A stretch of DNA of 64,000 bases from a virus (IMGVR_UViG_3300036958_000333:1-64000); one strand, 5' to 3'. Counted from the first letter of the stretch, positions 20,577-29,898 are shown. The notes: a model not told the origin generated them from the letters alone. Made by a program: numbers and translations.

Positions 20577-20870
20577 TTAATATTTGTTATCTTTATCTTT
20601 TTTTATTATTTCTGTTAAAGGTAATACCACTTTAAAAAAAATAGAAATTATTACGATAAAAAAAACAATAATTATAGATCCAATTGGCCAAAATACTATA
20701 AAATAAAGTTTTTCATATTCGTTTTTTGATATTTCTGAAAAAAATTCAGATTTATCTTTAAAATATGATAAAACCATATATCCAATTATACAATTTAAAA
20801 TATATAATATAAAAAATATAATAAAACCTTTACTTAAAAAAAAACCATAATTACCTGCTTCTAATATCAC
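20577..20870 (-). CDS. Two-TM membrane protein
   Basis: Two hydrophobic segments, FWP motif, AGGAG upstream. Confidence 0.6.
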   Translation of the reverse strand: MILEAGNYGFFLSKGFIIFFILYILNCIIGYMVLSYFKDKSEFFSEISKNEYEKLYFIVFWPIGSIIIVFFIVIISIFFKVVLPLTEIIKKDKDNKY

Positions 20871-20894
20871 CTTAAAAAACTCCTTTGATTATTA

Positions 20895-20971
20895 TGGCGC
20901 GGATGGAAAGATTCGAACTTTCATTCTTCTGATTAGAAGTCAGATGCTTGGTCCAATCAAGCTACATCCGC
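20895..20971 (-). tRNA. trnR: tRNA-Arg, anticodon UCU
   Basis: GCGGATG/CATCCGC stem, TCTGA-CTTCTAA-TCAGA arm, TTCGAAT loop, CCA. Confidence 0.93.
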
Positions 20972-21670
20972 GTTATTATTTATGGTGCCGTCGATGGGAG
21001 TCGAACCCATACGGTCATAAGACCGACGGATTTTAAGTCCGTTGCGTAAGCCATTCCGCCACGACGGCATTGTTTTTTCATTGTCTTTTATTATTTTATA
21101 TATTTTTTTATAATTAGATCCTTTTCCAGATAATCCATTATCTATTAATATTCTTCTTATTGATTTTTTTGTTTTTAATTCTTCTATTATTTTTTTATCT
21201 GAAACTTTTTTTAAACCTGTTTGTTTATTTCTTCCTCTGAAATTATTAGTTTGAGAATGACAATTTGGGCAAAGAAGTCTTAAATTTTTAATATTATTAT
21301 CATTACTTATTCCATTTATATGATCTAATTCTAAAACAATTGGCTTATTGTTCCACAATTTTATTCCACACATTTCGCATTTATTTTCTTTAATATTTTT
21401 TTGTAATAATATTTTTTTTATGTAATAATTATTATGTTTTGAGTTTTTACAAAATATTTTACTTAATTTATTAAATATTTTTCCTTTATTCCAATTTCTA
21501 TATTTTATTAAGTGATCATATTTAAACATTCCTTTTTTATGTAATTTTTTTAAGCTATCTGAATTCTTTTTTCTATTTACTGGGCAAGACGAATGATGAT
21601 TAGAACATATCCAGGATCCGTCTTTTAATTGTTTTATTGCTTTATTTTTACAACCATATTTGCAAATCAT
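20957..21670 (-). CDS. HNH endonuclease; ORF reads through tRNA-Leu
   Basis: CEMC...LELDHINGISNDN...LRLLCPNCHSQT. Confidence 0.88.
   Translation of the reverse strand: MICKYGCKNKAIKQLKDGSWICSNHHSSCPVNRKKNSDSLKKLHKKGMFKYDHLIKYRNWNKGKIFNKLSKIFCKNSKHNNYYIKKILLQKNIKENKCEMCGIKLWNNKPIVLELDHINGISNDNNIKNLRLLCPNCHSQTNNFRGRNKQTGLKKVSDKKIIEELKTKKSIRRILIDNGLSGKGSNYKKIYKIIKDNEKTMPSWRNGLRNGLKIRRSYDRMGSTPIDGTINNNADVA
20983..21068 (-). tRNA. trnL: tRNA-Leu, anticodon UAA
   Basis: GCCGTCG/CGACGGC stem, ACGGA-CTTAAAA-TCCGT arm, long variable arm, CCA. Confidence 0.93.
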
Positions 21671-21703
21671 AATATTTATAAAATAATAATAATAATTGTT
21701 CGC

Positions 21704-22051
21704 TTAATTTTCTTGTTTCAAAAACAAGTCGCCGATATTTGTTTTTACATCGTCTTTTTTACCTGTAAATTCATAATTTTTATTTATTTTTTTAAATATA
21801 TCAACTTTATAAATATAATAAACTCCTTTACTTCTATCTAATATTATTCTCACCATTTTTTCCATACTGTCTAATATTAAAGGAATTCTTCCGTCATTTA
21901 TTAATTTTTCTATTTCATCTTCTGTCATAAAATCTAAACAATCTTCGATTTCAAACTCTTTAATGAATTCAAATAATTTTTTAATAGCAAATTCAATATC
22001 TGTTTTACCGCTCCATAATTCTTGTTGAGTAGATTCTAGTTCTTGTATCAT
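21704..22051 (-). CDS. Hypothetical protein
   Basis: 115 aa, GGAGG RBS. Confidence 0.65.
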   Translation of the reverse strand: MIQELESTQQELWSGKTDIEFAIKKLFEFIKEFEIEDCLDFMTEDEIEKLINDGRIPLILDSMEKMVRIILDRSKGVYYIYKVDIFKKINKNYEFTGKKDDVKTNIGDLFLKQEN

Positions 22052-22052
22052 A

Positions 22053-22682
22053 TTATTCCTCCAAATTATTATTGATTGGTAAGTCTACCTTTATTAAACT
22101 ATCCATATTTACACATATAAATTTACAGTTATTATATTGAATTGTTACACCAAGATGATAATGGGAAAATATCCATAATGATGGTTGAAATTTTTCATAT
22201 ATTAATTCCAAACACCTACTTGTATGAATGAAATTATTATATATTATAGGTACAATTTTTTTTAAAATAAATAAAGGACAAGAGTGTGAAACAATGGCTT
22301 TTATTTTTGTTTTATTTCCTTTATTTAAAATATCATATAATTGATTTTCACTTATCGTTTCTTCATAAAAAAAATCATATCCTGGAGTTCTTGATCCTTT
22401 GTCTATAGAATCTGCTCCACCTATAAATAATGTTTCTTTAGAAATATATCCTCTTGGAATATAATACAATCCATTTTTAATTTTTTGTATTTTTTTAGAA
22501 TTATGTTGTAATGATGGGTGATGATCGTGATTTCCATCTATAAAATATCTTGGTTTATTATCTTTAAATTCAAATTTATTATAATTAAACAAGCAAAGAT
22601 CTCCAAGCTGTATAGAATTTGGAGACATTAACACTTTAGAATTAATATTACAATGTATATCACCTATTAATCTTGTAATCAT
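22053..22682 (-). CDS. Calcineurin-like metallophosphoesterase
   Basis: GDIH, LGD, GNHD, SH, HYH motifs. Confidence 0.85.
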   Translation of the reverse strand: MITRLIGDIHCNINSKVLMSPNSIQLGDLCLFNYNKFEFKDNKPRYFIDGNHDHHPSLQHNSKKIQKIKNGLYYIPRGYISKETLFIGGADSIDKGSRTPGYDFFYEETISENQLYDILNKGNKTKIKAIVSHSCPLFILKKIVPIIYNNFIHTSRCLELIYEKFQPSLWIFSHYHLGVTIQYNNCKFICVNMDSLIKVDLPINNNLEE

Positions 22683-22701
22683 TTTTAATATCTTTTATTG
22701 T

Positions 22702-23160
22702 TTATTTAAACCAAAATCCAAATATTGATCCTATAATAGCAAAAGCTAATTGTTTTTGTGTATCTGATGATTTTTCATTTTTTAATATCATAAAAGAAAG
22801 TGTTAATAAAGTAATAGATATAATTACTCCCATTATTTTTTTTACTGCAAAATCTACGACTTCCATTAAATACGATATGTCTTTTGATTTATTATCATTT
22901 TGTTTAATATCTTCTTGAACCATAAAATTAATTTTTTGAGGAAATTCTTCTTGTTTTTCTAATAATGGTTTTGTTTCTTTTATTCTAGGAATTTCTATCA
23001 CTGGTTTAAAAGGTTCAACTATTGGAGCTTGTGCTTGAGTTTCAGTAATAGAAATTTCTGTATTAGATTTTTTGTTAATTAAAATCTTATTTGAAATCTT
23101 AAATAAAAATACAGACAAAATAATAAGAAAAACAATTATCCATTTCTTTTTATTTTCCAT
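22702..23160 (-). CDS. Membrane protein
   Basis: N-terminal TM, two C-terminal TMs ending IGSIFGFWFK. Confidence 0.65.
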   Translation of the reverse strand: MENKKKWIIVFLIILSVFLFKISNKILINKKSNTEISITETQAQAPIVEPFKPVIEIPRIKETKPLLEKQEEFPQKINFMVQEDIKQNDNKSKDISYLMEVVDFAVKKIMGVIISITLLTLSFMILKNEKSSDTQKQLAFAIIGSIFGFWFK

Positions 23161-23211
23161 AATATAAATCTTAATAAGATATTTATTTATATATTATATA
23201 TAAGAAACAAA

Positions 23212-23580
23212 TTATAGTTTTATACATTTAATTTTTCCATCCCAATCAGAAAAATATATTTTTTTTATTCTTTTAATAGTTGCATATCTTATACATGCAT
23301 TACATGGTTTAGCACAGCTTAAATTTCCATTAGATAAAACTCTTACTACAAGTATTTCACTACCACACAAAATATCTGCCGGAATATCTTTCATAACAGC
23401 TATTTCTGCATGTCTAGAAGGATTTTTATGATATTTTTTATAAAAAGATATAAATTTAGTATTATTAGGTCTACATCTTAATATAGAATTACCTTTAAAT
23501 AAAACTGCTCCTAATTTATATTTATATTCAGATAAATATGCTGTTTCTATGGCTCTATCTATTATTTTTCTAGTAGTCAT
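23212..23580 (-). CDS. Cytidine/dCMP deaminase-fold zinc protein
   Basis: HAE...AKPCNAC. Confidence 0.85.
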   Translation of the reverse strand: MTTRKIIDRAIETAYLSEYKYKLGAVLFKGNSILRCRPNNTKFISFYKKYHKNPSRHAEIAVMKDIPADILCGSEILVVRVLSNGNLSCAKPCNACIRYATIKRIKKIYFSDWDGKIKCIKL

Positions 23581-23661
23581 TTTTATTACAGTTTATTTAT
23601 AATTAATTTAATATTATTTATAAATTATAACCGCTTAAATATCAGGATTCAATATTGAGAG

Positions 23662-24024
23662 CTATTTAAATTCAAATCGTCTTAATCTTTTTATATAATT
23701 TTTTAATATTATATATTGACATGGTTCTACTATAACAAGTTTGTTATCTAACATTTTCGCACTTATTTTTTTATCATTTATAATTTTATTATAAATTTCC
23801 ATTAAATGATCGTTGTTTTTTACTTTAAAAAAAATTATTTTTGGATCAAAAAACCAAAATTTATTTTCACATCTAATTTTTTCCTTATCTAAAATATAAT
23901 TTAAAGATAAAGAACACAATTCTTTTATAATATAATAAAATAAATCTTTTATATTTATTTGAGATTTATAATTTACAAAAACAACTTGAATAATATCATT
24001 GTCTTTATTTTTGTTTTTTAACAT
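23662..24024 (-). CDS. Possible degenerate Pth2 (peptidyl-tRNA hydrolase II) fold protein
   Basis: QVVFVN...W...KIIFFKVKNNDHLMEIY...EP...IKRLRRF follows the Pth2 pattern without its catalytic residues. Confidence 0.35.
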   Translation of the reverse strand: MLKNKNKDNDIIQVVFVNYKSQINIKDLFYYIIKELCSLSLNYILDKEKIRCENKFWFFDPKIIFFKVKNNDHLMEIYNKIINDKKISAKMLDNKLVIVEPCQYIILKNYIKRLRRFEFK

Positions 24025-24037
24025 ATGTTGTATTATT

Positions 24038-24304
24038 TTAATTTTTTTCTATGTTATTTAATTTTTCCATAAACTGTCTATTTATACTGTCTTGTTTTAA
24101 TTTTTCGTTTTTCATTTTAGACATTTGACTTGCTACTATATGTCCAGCTATAAAATGTCCAGGACTTGTAATTATAGCTGACATAAATATTATTAAACCA
24201 ATAAATCCAGCGATAAATTTAAGAAAAGAAGATCCATCAATCATTTTTTGAGGAACAAATATAATAAAAGATAATATTAATATAACAAATAATATTCTTA
24301 ACAT
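24038..24304 (-). CDS. Small membrane protein, paralog of 25789-26037
   Basis: FVP...FIAxxxGLI...GxFIAG shared. Confidence 0.65.
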   Translation of the reverse strand: MLRILFVILILSFIIFVPQKMIDGSSFLKFIAGFIGLIIFMSAIITSPGHFIAGHIVASQMSKMKNEKLKQDSINRQFMEKLNNIEKN

Positions 24305-24507
24305 ATTGATTTTCCTTTTAATACTTTTAATATTTCATTTGCTCCGCTAATATAACCATGTTGAATTGCTAATGATATTAAAGATATTTCTTTATCATTT
24401 AAATCTATGTTTTTATAATTATTTTTTAAATAATTTTCTATTATTTCTTTAATTTTATCATTCTTAATATTGGTATTTTTAAAAGAAAAATCTTTTGTTT
24501 TTCTCAT
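24298..24507 (-). CDS. Hypothetical protein
   Basis: 69 aa, AAGGA RBS. Confidence 0.55.
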   Translation of the reverse strand: MRKTKDFSFKNTNIKNDKIKEIIENYLKNNYKNIDLNDKEISLISLAIQHGYISGANEILKVLKGKSIC

Positions 24508-24524
24508 ATTTTTTCCTTAAAAAA

Positions 24525-24977
24525 TTAATATTTATAATATCCATTTATCCATATAAGAACTCTTTTATATCTAATCCTAACAATTCCCCAAGAGTCAATA
24601 TATTCTTCTGGTCGTGTTTCATAAGTCCAATATCCACTTACCCATATTGGAGTTTTACTATATGGATATATATGATATTTATAATATGGATAATAATAAG
24701 GATAATAGCTAGGAATTGGTTTATGATAATGATAATGATATCTATTATCGCGTATTGCTTTTGGTTTTATTTCTACTATTTTTGATTCTGTTTTTCTTTG
24801 AACATATCTGTTTTGTTGAAAAGAATTTTGTTTTTGAGGAAATGTTCTATTTCCAAATACTCTCTGAGTAGATCTTGTTGTTTGATAACTTCTAGAAGAA
24901 CTGTACCGATTTTGTACACCAAAACATAAAGATGTACAAAATACTAACATAATTATAATTAATTTCTTCATATTCAT
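24525..24977 (-). CDS. Secreted Tyr/Pro-rich protein with WxxGYW repeats
   Basis: Signal peptide, WVSGYW and WINGYY, GGAGG RBS. Confidence 0.65.
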   Translation of the reverse strand: MNMKKLIIIMLVFCTSLCFGVQNRYSSSRSYQTTRSTQRVFGNRTFPQKQNSFQQNRYVQRKTESKIVEIKPKAIRDNRYHYHYHKPIPSYYPYYYPYYKYHIYPYSKTPIWVSGYWTYETRPEEYIDSWGIVRIRYKRVLIWINGYYKY

Positions 24978-25048
24978 TACCTCCTATAATAATATATATA
25001 TTATAATAGAAAAAACTATACCATATAATTTATTTAGTTTATAATTTT

Positions 25049-25285
25049 TTATTCATCTTCTATCTTATATGGAAATAATATTGAAACCATTTTTACTAAA
25101 GATTCAAAAGTACAGTTTTCTGCTATTTTTATTAATTCTTCTTTTATTTTATTATTTGATAATAATGACAATTCTTTAAAATATATTAAACAATTAAATA
25201 TTTCATCTTCTCTTAGCTGTTTAATTCTCCATATTACAAAAAACCTTATTTGTTTAATGTTTAATATATCTAACTCGTCTTTCAT
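25049..25285 (-). CDS. Hypothetical protein
   Basis: 78-aa ORF in run. Confidence 0.5.
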   Translation of the reverse strand: MKDELDILNIKQIRFFVIWRIKQLREDEIFNCLIYFKELSLLSNNKIKEELIKIAENCTFESLVKMVSILFPYKIEDE

Positions 25286-25305
25286 TTGAACCGAAACCGA
25301 AACAT

Positions 25306-25743
25306 TTATTTACCATTTAATACTGATCCTATTTCTTTTATTTTATCATCATTAATTTCTTCTACGTTTAACTTTACTGTTTTATTATTATTTTCTATTT
25401 CTATATCCCATGTAGACCCATCGCAAAATATATTATAATTATATGATATCCATTTCATTTGTATATCTCCTGGAATTATTTCTATATCAAATAATTTTCG
25501 TTCTTGACAATAATTATTGATTATAAAAAATTGCATATTAATTGCTGGATTTTTAGCGAAATTTACCATAAATCTTTCTTTATAATAAGAACTATTTTTA
25601 ACAATTTTCCATACATCTTTAATTTTATTTAAAATATTACTTGGGTTTCCATCAAAATGATGATATAGATAAGGACCAAATTTTTCTTTTTCTTCTGGAA
25701 TTGTTGAAATCTTAAAAAACCTAATTGTTGCCCTGGTAGACAT
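25306..25743 (-). CDS. Phage-type protein of MSTR...YxHxDGxP kind
   Basis: MSTRATI...YHHFDGNPS. Confidence 0.7.
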   Translation of the reverse strand: MSTRATIRFFKISTIPEEKEKFGPYLYHHFDGNPSNILNKIKDVWKIVKNSSYYKERFMVNFAKNPAINMQFFIINNYCQERKLFDIEIIPGDIQMKWISYNYNIFCDGSTWDIEIENNNKTVKLNVEEINDDKIKEIGSVLNGK

Positions 25744-25788
25744 TTGAATTTTCCTTTCTTATTATATCTTTTAAACTCTAGAAATATA

Positions 25789-26037
25789 TTATTTTAAGTT
25801 TTCTAATTTTTCTACAATTTTTTTGTTTATATCATTTATTTTCGTTAATAACACTCCTGCTATAAAATATCCTCCTGTTCCCTGAACAATAATCGCTAAT
25901 ATACTTAATATAATCCATATAAGTCCAACAATAGAAGCAATAAATCCAATTATTTTATAATTATGAACCCACTCCCATGGAACAAAGAAAAACATTATAG
26001 TAAAAACAATAAACCATACTAAAATAAATGTTCTCAT
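25789..26037 (-). CDS. Small membrane protein
   Basis: Hydrophobic, paralog of 24038-24304. Confidence 0.65.
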   Translation of the reverse strand: MRTFILVWFIVFTIMFFFVPWEWVHNYKIIGFIASIVGLIWIILSILAIIVQGTGGYFIAGVLLTKINDINKKIVEKLENLK

Positions 26038-26126
26038 AACATTAATCCTTTTATAATTTATTTTATATTTTCATATTTCATACTATAATTACTATGATTT
26101 ATATTTGTCGCTTCATTTTTTAAAAT

Positions 26127-26172
26127 AAAAAAAACAGTTGATTTTAAATTTAAAATTTAAAATCAACTGTTT
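26127..26172 (-). terminator. Perfect 20-bp inverted repeat plus T-tract, probable intrinsic terminator
   Basis: AAACAGTTGATTTTAAATTT (26132-26151) and AAATTTAAAATCAACTGTTT (26153-26172), T-run on the minus strand. Confidence 0.7.
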
Positions 26173-26199
26173 AATTTGTTTAATTAAAACTATGAAAAA

Positions 26200-26295
26200 C
26201 TACTTAGAACATGATTTTTTTCCACAACCAGAAGACTTTGTCTTTGGTTTCAATGCCGGGCGGGGTTTTGCAGGTTTCTTTTTCTTATCGGCCAT
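26200..26295 (-). CDS. 31-aa Lys/Pro-rich basic peptide (not in ORF track)
   Basis: AAGGAGATAGGAGTT-ATG, MADKKKKPAKPRPALKPKTKSSGCGKKSCSK, terminator downstream. Confidence 0.75.
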   Translation of the reverse strand: MADKKKKPAKPRPALKPKTKSSGCGKKSCSK

Positions 26296-26476
26296 AACTC
26301 CTATCTCCTTTCATTTAAATAAAGTTTGAATAATTCAAACAATAAAATATAGTATATAAAAATATATTTTTTTAAATTTAATTTTTATTTGAAAGATTTC
26401 CTAAATGGTAATATAAATATATGATATAAAACTTTAATGCAATTATTTATATTACCATAATGACATTCTAAACAAT

Positions 26477-27979
26477 TTAAAATTCAGAAAAACGATCTAT
26501 TATTTCGTCTTTTAATTCTTGAGCGCATCTTTGTTTTAATATTTTCTTTTCGTTATCATTACAAAAAGAACTTGGTCCAATTTCATTATTTACAGCATCT
26601 ATATAAGCAGAAAATTTTCCTTCTTCTGTAAAATATAACCATTTAGGAACTTTATATAAATCTAATATTTCTTTATTCTTTTTAGCTATTTCGGTATCTA
26701 TGGAAATAGGAAAATAATTTTTTGATAAATATATACATAAATCATTGAAAAACGTTTTATATTCTTTATAAGAAGAATATTTTTTTGCTCTTCCTGTATT
26801 TTTATATCCAAGCAGTGTTACTGAAAAATCTTGTCTTGATAATTTAATTTTATCAAATATATAATTAAGTTCTTTTTTATTTTTAAATGATACTCCAGGT
26901 ATCATATGAAATGAAATTTTTGAATCTAAATATCTTTTTAAATCATAATCGGTATTTTTATTTTTAATAATATTATCAATTTTATCTATTAACATATCTG
27001 TCTCATCTATACAACTCACAGAAAAAGCCATTTTACCACAAAGTTTTAAATATTTTTTTAATTCTTTTTTATTATTAAGTATATTATAATTTTTTGTTGA
27101 AAAGTTTGGAATTATTCCATGATTTCTACATTCTTCTAAAATATATAAAAAATTAGGATGTTTTGTTGGATCACCACCACCAATAGCTACTTCAAATACT
27201 TTCAAACTTGACAGGGCTTTAATAATTTCAATTATATAATCTTCATCCGCATGTTTTCCAGATTTTTTAGAATCCATATAACAATATGGACAATTCGATT
27301 CACAATAATCTGTTATTTTCATATCAACAAGCTCTGGAGCAAAAGCTTTATCTGGAATTTTTTTATTATCATAAAAAGAAAATCTAATTTTCGTACCATC
27401 TTTTCTATCAAATAATGACCAATAATCGTATTTTTCATCTTTTCTACAAGTATAATCAGTATAAAATTTTAGACCTTCAAGGTTTTCAAATAATTTTCCT
27501 TTTTTATATAAAATATTTTCTTCATATTTAGATGTATTATCGTTTCCACCTAATATAATGACGTCTTTTCTTATTATAAATTTTTTAAAATCTTCAAAAA
27601 ATTCATCATCTATCATTGATTTACTGTAATAGTTCTTTGGAAAATAAATAACACTACTATGATCTACATAACCACTATCTATTTTAAGAGATTTTACATT
27701 TAATCCATACATTTTTTTTAATAAATTCGATTCACATTCGGTCATTTTATTTTCAAAATCTAAAAATTCATAAATATAACTAATAGATTTTTTTAAAAGT
27801 AAAGCTAAATATGATTCTTTTGATTTTTTAGATATCAATACAAAATCTTGCCATCCAAATTCTTTATCACTTGGACAGATATCTTTAGTTTCTTCTATTA
27901 ATTTTGGATCAACAACAATAATAGAATGAGAAGAACTACTATTAGTAGCAAAACCCACTCTAATATTATAAATTTTCAT
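26477..27979 (-). CDS. Radical SAM protein fused to an N-terminal RxGFxTNSSS domain
   Basis: CESNCPYC, AIGGGDPT, N-term IRVGFATNSSSSHS. Confidence 0.85.
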   Translation of the reverse strand: MKIYNIRVGFATNSSSSHSIIVVDPKLIEETKDICPSDKEFGWQDFVLISKKSKESYLALLLKKSISYIYEFLDFENKMTECESNLLKKMYGLNVKSLKIDSGYVDHSSVIYFPKNYYSKSMIDDEFFEDFKKFIIRKDVIILGGNDNTSKYEENILYKKGKLFENLEGLKFYTDYTCRKDEKYDYWSLFDRKDGTKIRFSFYDNKKIPDKAFAPELVDMKITDYCESNCPYCYMDSKKSGKHADEDYIIEIIKALSSLKVFEVAIGGGDPTKHPNFLYILEECRNHGIIPNFSTKNYNILNNKKELKKYLKLCGKMAFSVSCIDETDMLIDKIDNIIKNKNTDYDLKRYLDSKISFHMIPGVSFKNKKELNYIFDKIKLSRQDFSVTLLGYKNTGRAKKYSSYKEYKTFFNDLCIYLSKNYFPISIDTEIAKKNKEILDLYKVPKWLYFTEEGKFSAYIDAVNNEIGPSSFCNDNEKKILKQRCAQELKDEIIDRFSEF

Positions 27980-28051
27980 TTTAATAACTTTCTTTATAAT
28001 TTAAATGATTTATTATTTACTTATATTATAATAATCGCTTAATCGCTTAAT

Positions 28052-28504
28052 TTATATTTTTTCAAATAATTCTACGAATATATCAACTTCTTTAAATGAT
28101 TCTTCTATTAGGTTTTTAACAATTTTCCAATCCAAACCACCTAATCCGCAACCAAGAGGAGGTATTGCTATTAATTTTATTTATAACTTATTAATTTCAT
28201 TTATTAAAGACTTTAATACAACTTCTATATCTTTTAACAAAGATATATCTTTCCAATGTCTTTTTGTTGGAAAATTTATAATATATTTTGGATTAGATTT
28301 ATTGCTTGTTTTAAAAACAAACATTTTACCAATATTCATTTTATTACAATTACATTCATTTAAATATGCAAAAAAATTATCTGGATAATTAATTTTAAAT
28401 TGAAGAGCCAATCCTTTTCCCATTATTCCAACACAATTAACAGTATTAACTATTGCCTCAGATTTAGATTCAAAAATATCACCTTTTTTGATTTCTATTA
28501 CCAT
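28052..28504 (-). pseudogene. DarG/TARG1-type macro domain with in-frame TAA at 28181-28183
   Basis: GDIF..NTVNCVGIMGKGLALQFK..NFPTKRHW. After TAA the frame continues IKLIAIPPLGCGLGGLDW. Confidence 0.85.
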
Positions 28505-28521
28505 ATTATTATAATTACTTT

Positions 28522-28583
28522 AAAAAGGTGGAATATCATATTTATTTTTTTAACCCATTCTAAATAAATTATGATATTCCACC
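28522..28583 (-). terminator. Hairpin with 14-bp arms plus T-tract
   Basis: GGTGGAATATCATA (28527-28540) pairs with TATGATATTCCACC (28570-28583), T5 follows on the minus strand. Confidence 0.6.
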
Positions 28584-28604
28584 ATGGAAGATTTTTCACC
28601 TCAT

Positions 28605-28808
28605 CTACTTTTTAAAAAACAAACTAGTTAAAATATTTCCATTTCTTGAAAGAATATTTCCTGCGATATCTCTTGTCTCATTGGAAAATGGATCGTAATA
28701 TCCAAGACTATTTCCAGCAACATCTTGAGCTTTATATCTACGTTCGCTATAGTCTATTCTTCCAATGATATTACCAGAAACATCTCGAATTTCGTTTCTA
28801 GTTTTCAT
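28605..28808 (-). CDS. Small beta-hairpin repeat protein
   Basis: Three DxxGNxxG/S repeats. Confidence 0.65.
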   Translation of the reverse strand: MKTRNEIRDVSGNIIGRIDYSERRYKAQDVAGNSLGYYDPFSNETRDIAGNILSRNGNILTSLFFKK

Positions 28809-28896
28809 GATTTTTCTTACTAAAAAATAATTAATTAAATTTAATTAATAATTATTTGTATTATTATATTCGCTTATATTTCGTATTATTACGTTT

Positions 28897-29748
28897 TTAC
28901 AAATTCGAATATTTTGTTTTATTAATAAAATCTGGATTTACGTTTGGTATTAATGCAGCCAACTCAGGATGCGTTTTAATTATTTTTTCTTGTATTTCTA
29001 ATGATAAATTCTGGAAATAATCATCAGGAAGTTTATATTTACCTAAAAACGCAAAACCTTTTCTAGCTATTGGGTTTTCTTTTATTTTCAATAAACTAGG
29101 ATTATTTGTAATACAATAATGAACAATTTCTGGATCTGGATTTTCTATATAAAATATAGCTTCTAAATTTTGTTTAACAGCTTCATTTTGTAATGATATA
29201 GAAGGATCTTTTATATAAGTTATTGCCCAGTATTCTTTTTTAATAAAATGATGCCAAAATTTTTCTTTCTTTAAAACATCAGGAAGAAAATTATAACAAT
29301 ATGAATTATCTTCTTTGACTCTAATTATAAGATCAAATAAAAATTCTTGAAGTTCATTTTCTATTTCTTTATTAAATGGTTTGCTATTTACAATATCTCG
29401 CAAAATACCGGTTGGACAAAAATTATAAACAGCATTATCAAAAACATCTTCGTTAGAAAAGAAATATTCTTTTATTAAATTTAAAACAAATTTAAAGTTG
29501 TTATCATTATTAGTATCGAAATTTCCAATTAATATTGAAAAACATATCATAAATTTTGATGGCGATAACGTTTTATAAAATTCATTAAAGAATTTTAAAA
29601 TAAAATTTTTAGATGGGTTTTTTATTGATTCAATAAAATCAATGCTCAAATATTTATTAATATCCGATTTTATTAAATCAATTGTTTCGTCATCTTTGTC
29701 CTGCGTATATTTGAATTCGCTTAACAACGTTTTGTTTTTGTCTTCCAT
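28897..29748 (-). CDS. Helical protein with C-terminal repeats and cap
   Basis: EAVKQNLEAIFYIENP...YCITNNP...YFQNLSLEIQ...IPN. Confidence 0.75.
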   Translation of the reverse strand: MEDKNKTLLSEFKYTQDKDDETIDLIKSDINKYLSIDFIESIKNPSKNFILKFFNEFYKTLSPSKFMICFSILIGNFDTNNDNNFKFVLNLIKEYFFSNEDVFDNAVYNFCPTGILRDIVNSKPFNKEIENELQEFLFDLIIRVKEDNSYCYNFLPDVLKKEKFWHHFIKKEYWAITYIKDPSISLQNEAVKQNLEAIFYIENPDPEIVHYCITNNPSLLKIKENPIARKGFAFLGKYKLPDDYFQNLSLEIQEKIIKTHPELAALIPNVNPDFINKTKYSNL

Positions 29749-29898
29749 GTTTTTTTACTCCTAAAAAATAATTTATTTAATTAAATTTAATTTATAATTG
29801 TTTATATTATTATATTCGCTTATATTTCGTGTTATTATATTTTTTATGAATTATTATTTTTTTAAGCGAATTATAAAATAAAATTAAAAAATAATTAA

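Noticed and set aside
26132-26172. Palindrome as replication origin or hairpin telomere site
   Set aside because: Its position right after a short gene and before a T-run fits a terminator, and there are no iterons or protelomerase gene nearby.
14458-28183. Stop-codon reassignment suggested by in-frame TGA (16887) and TAA (14458, 28181)
   Set aside because: Long genes up to 1032 aa are open in the standard code, TGA ends genes in ATGA overlaps, and the interruptions use different codons. Individual lesions explain them better.
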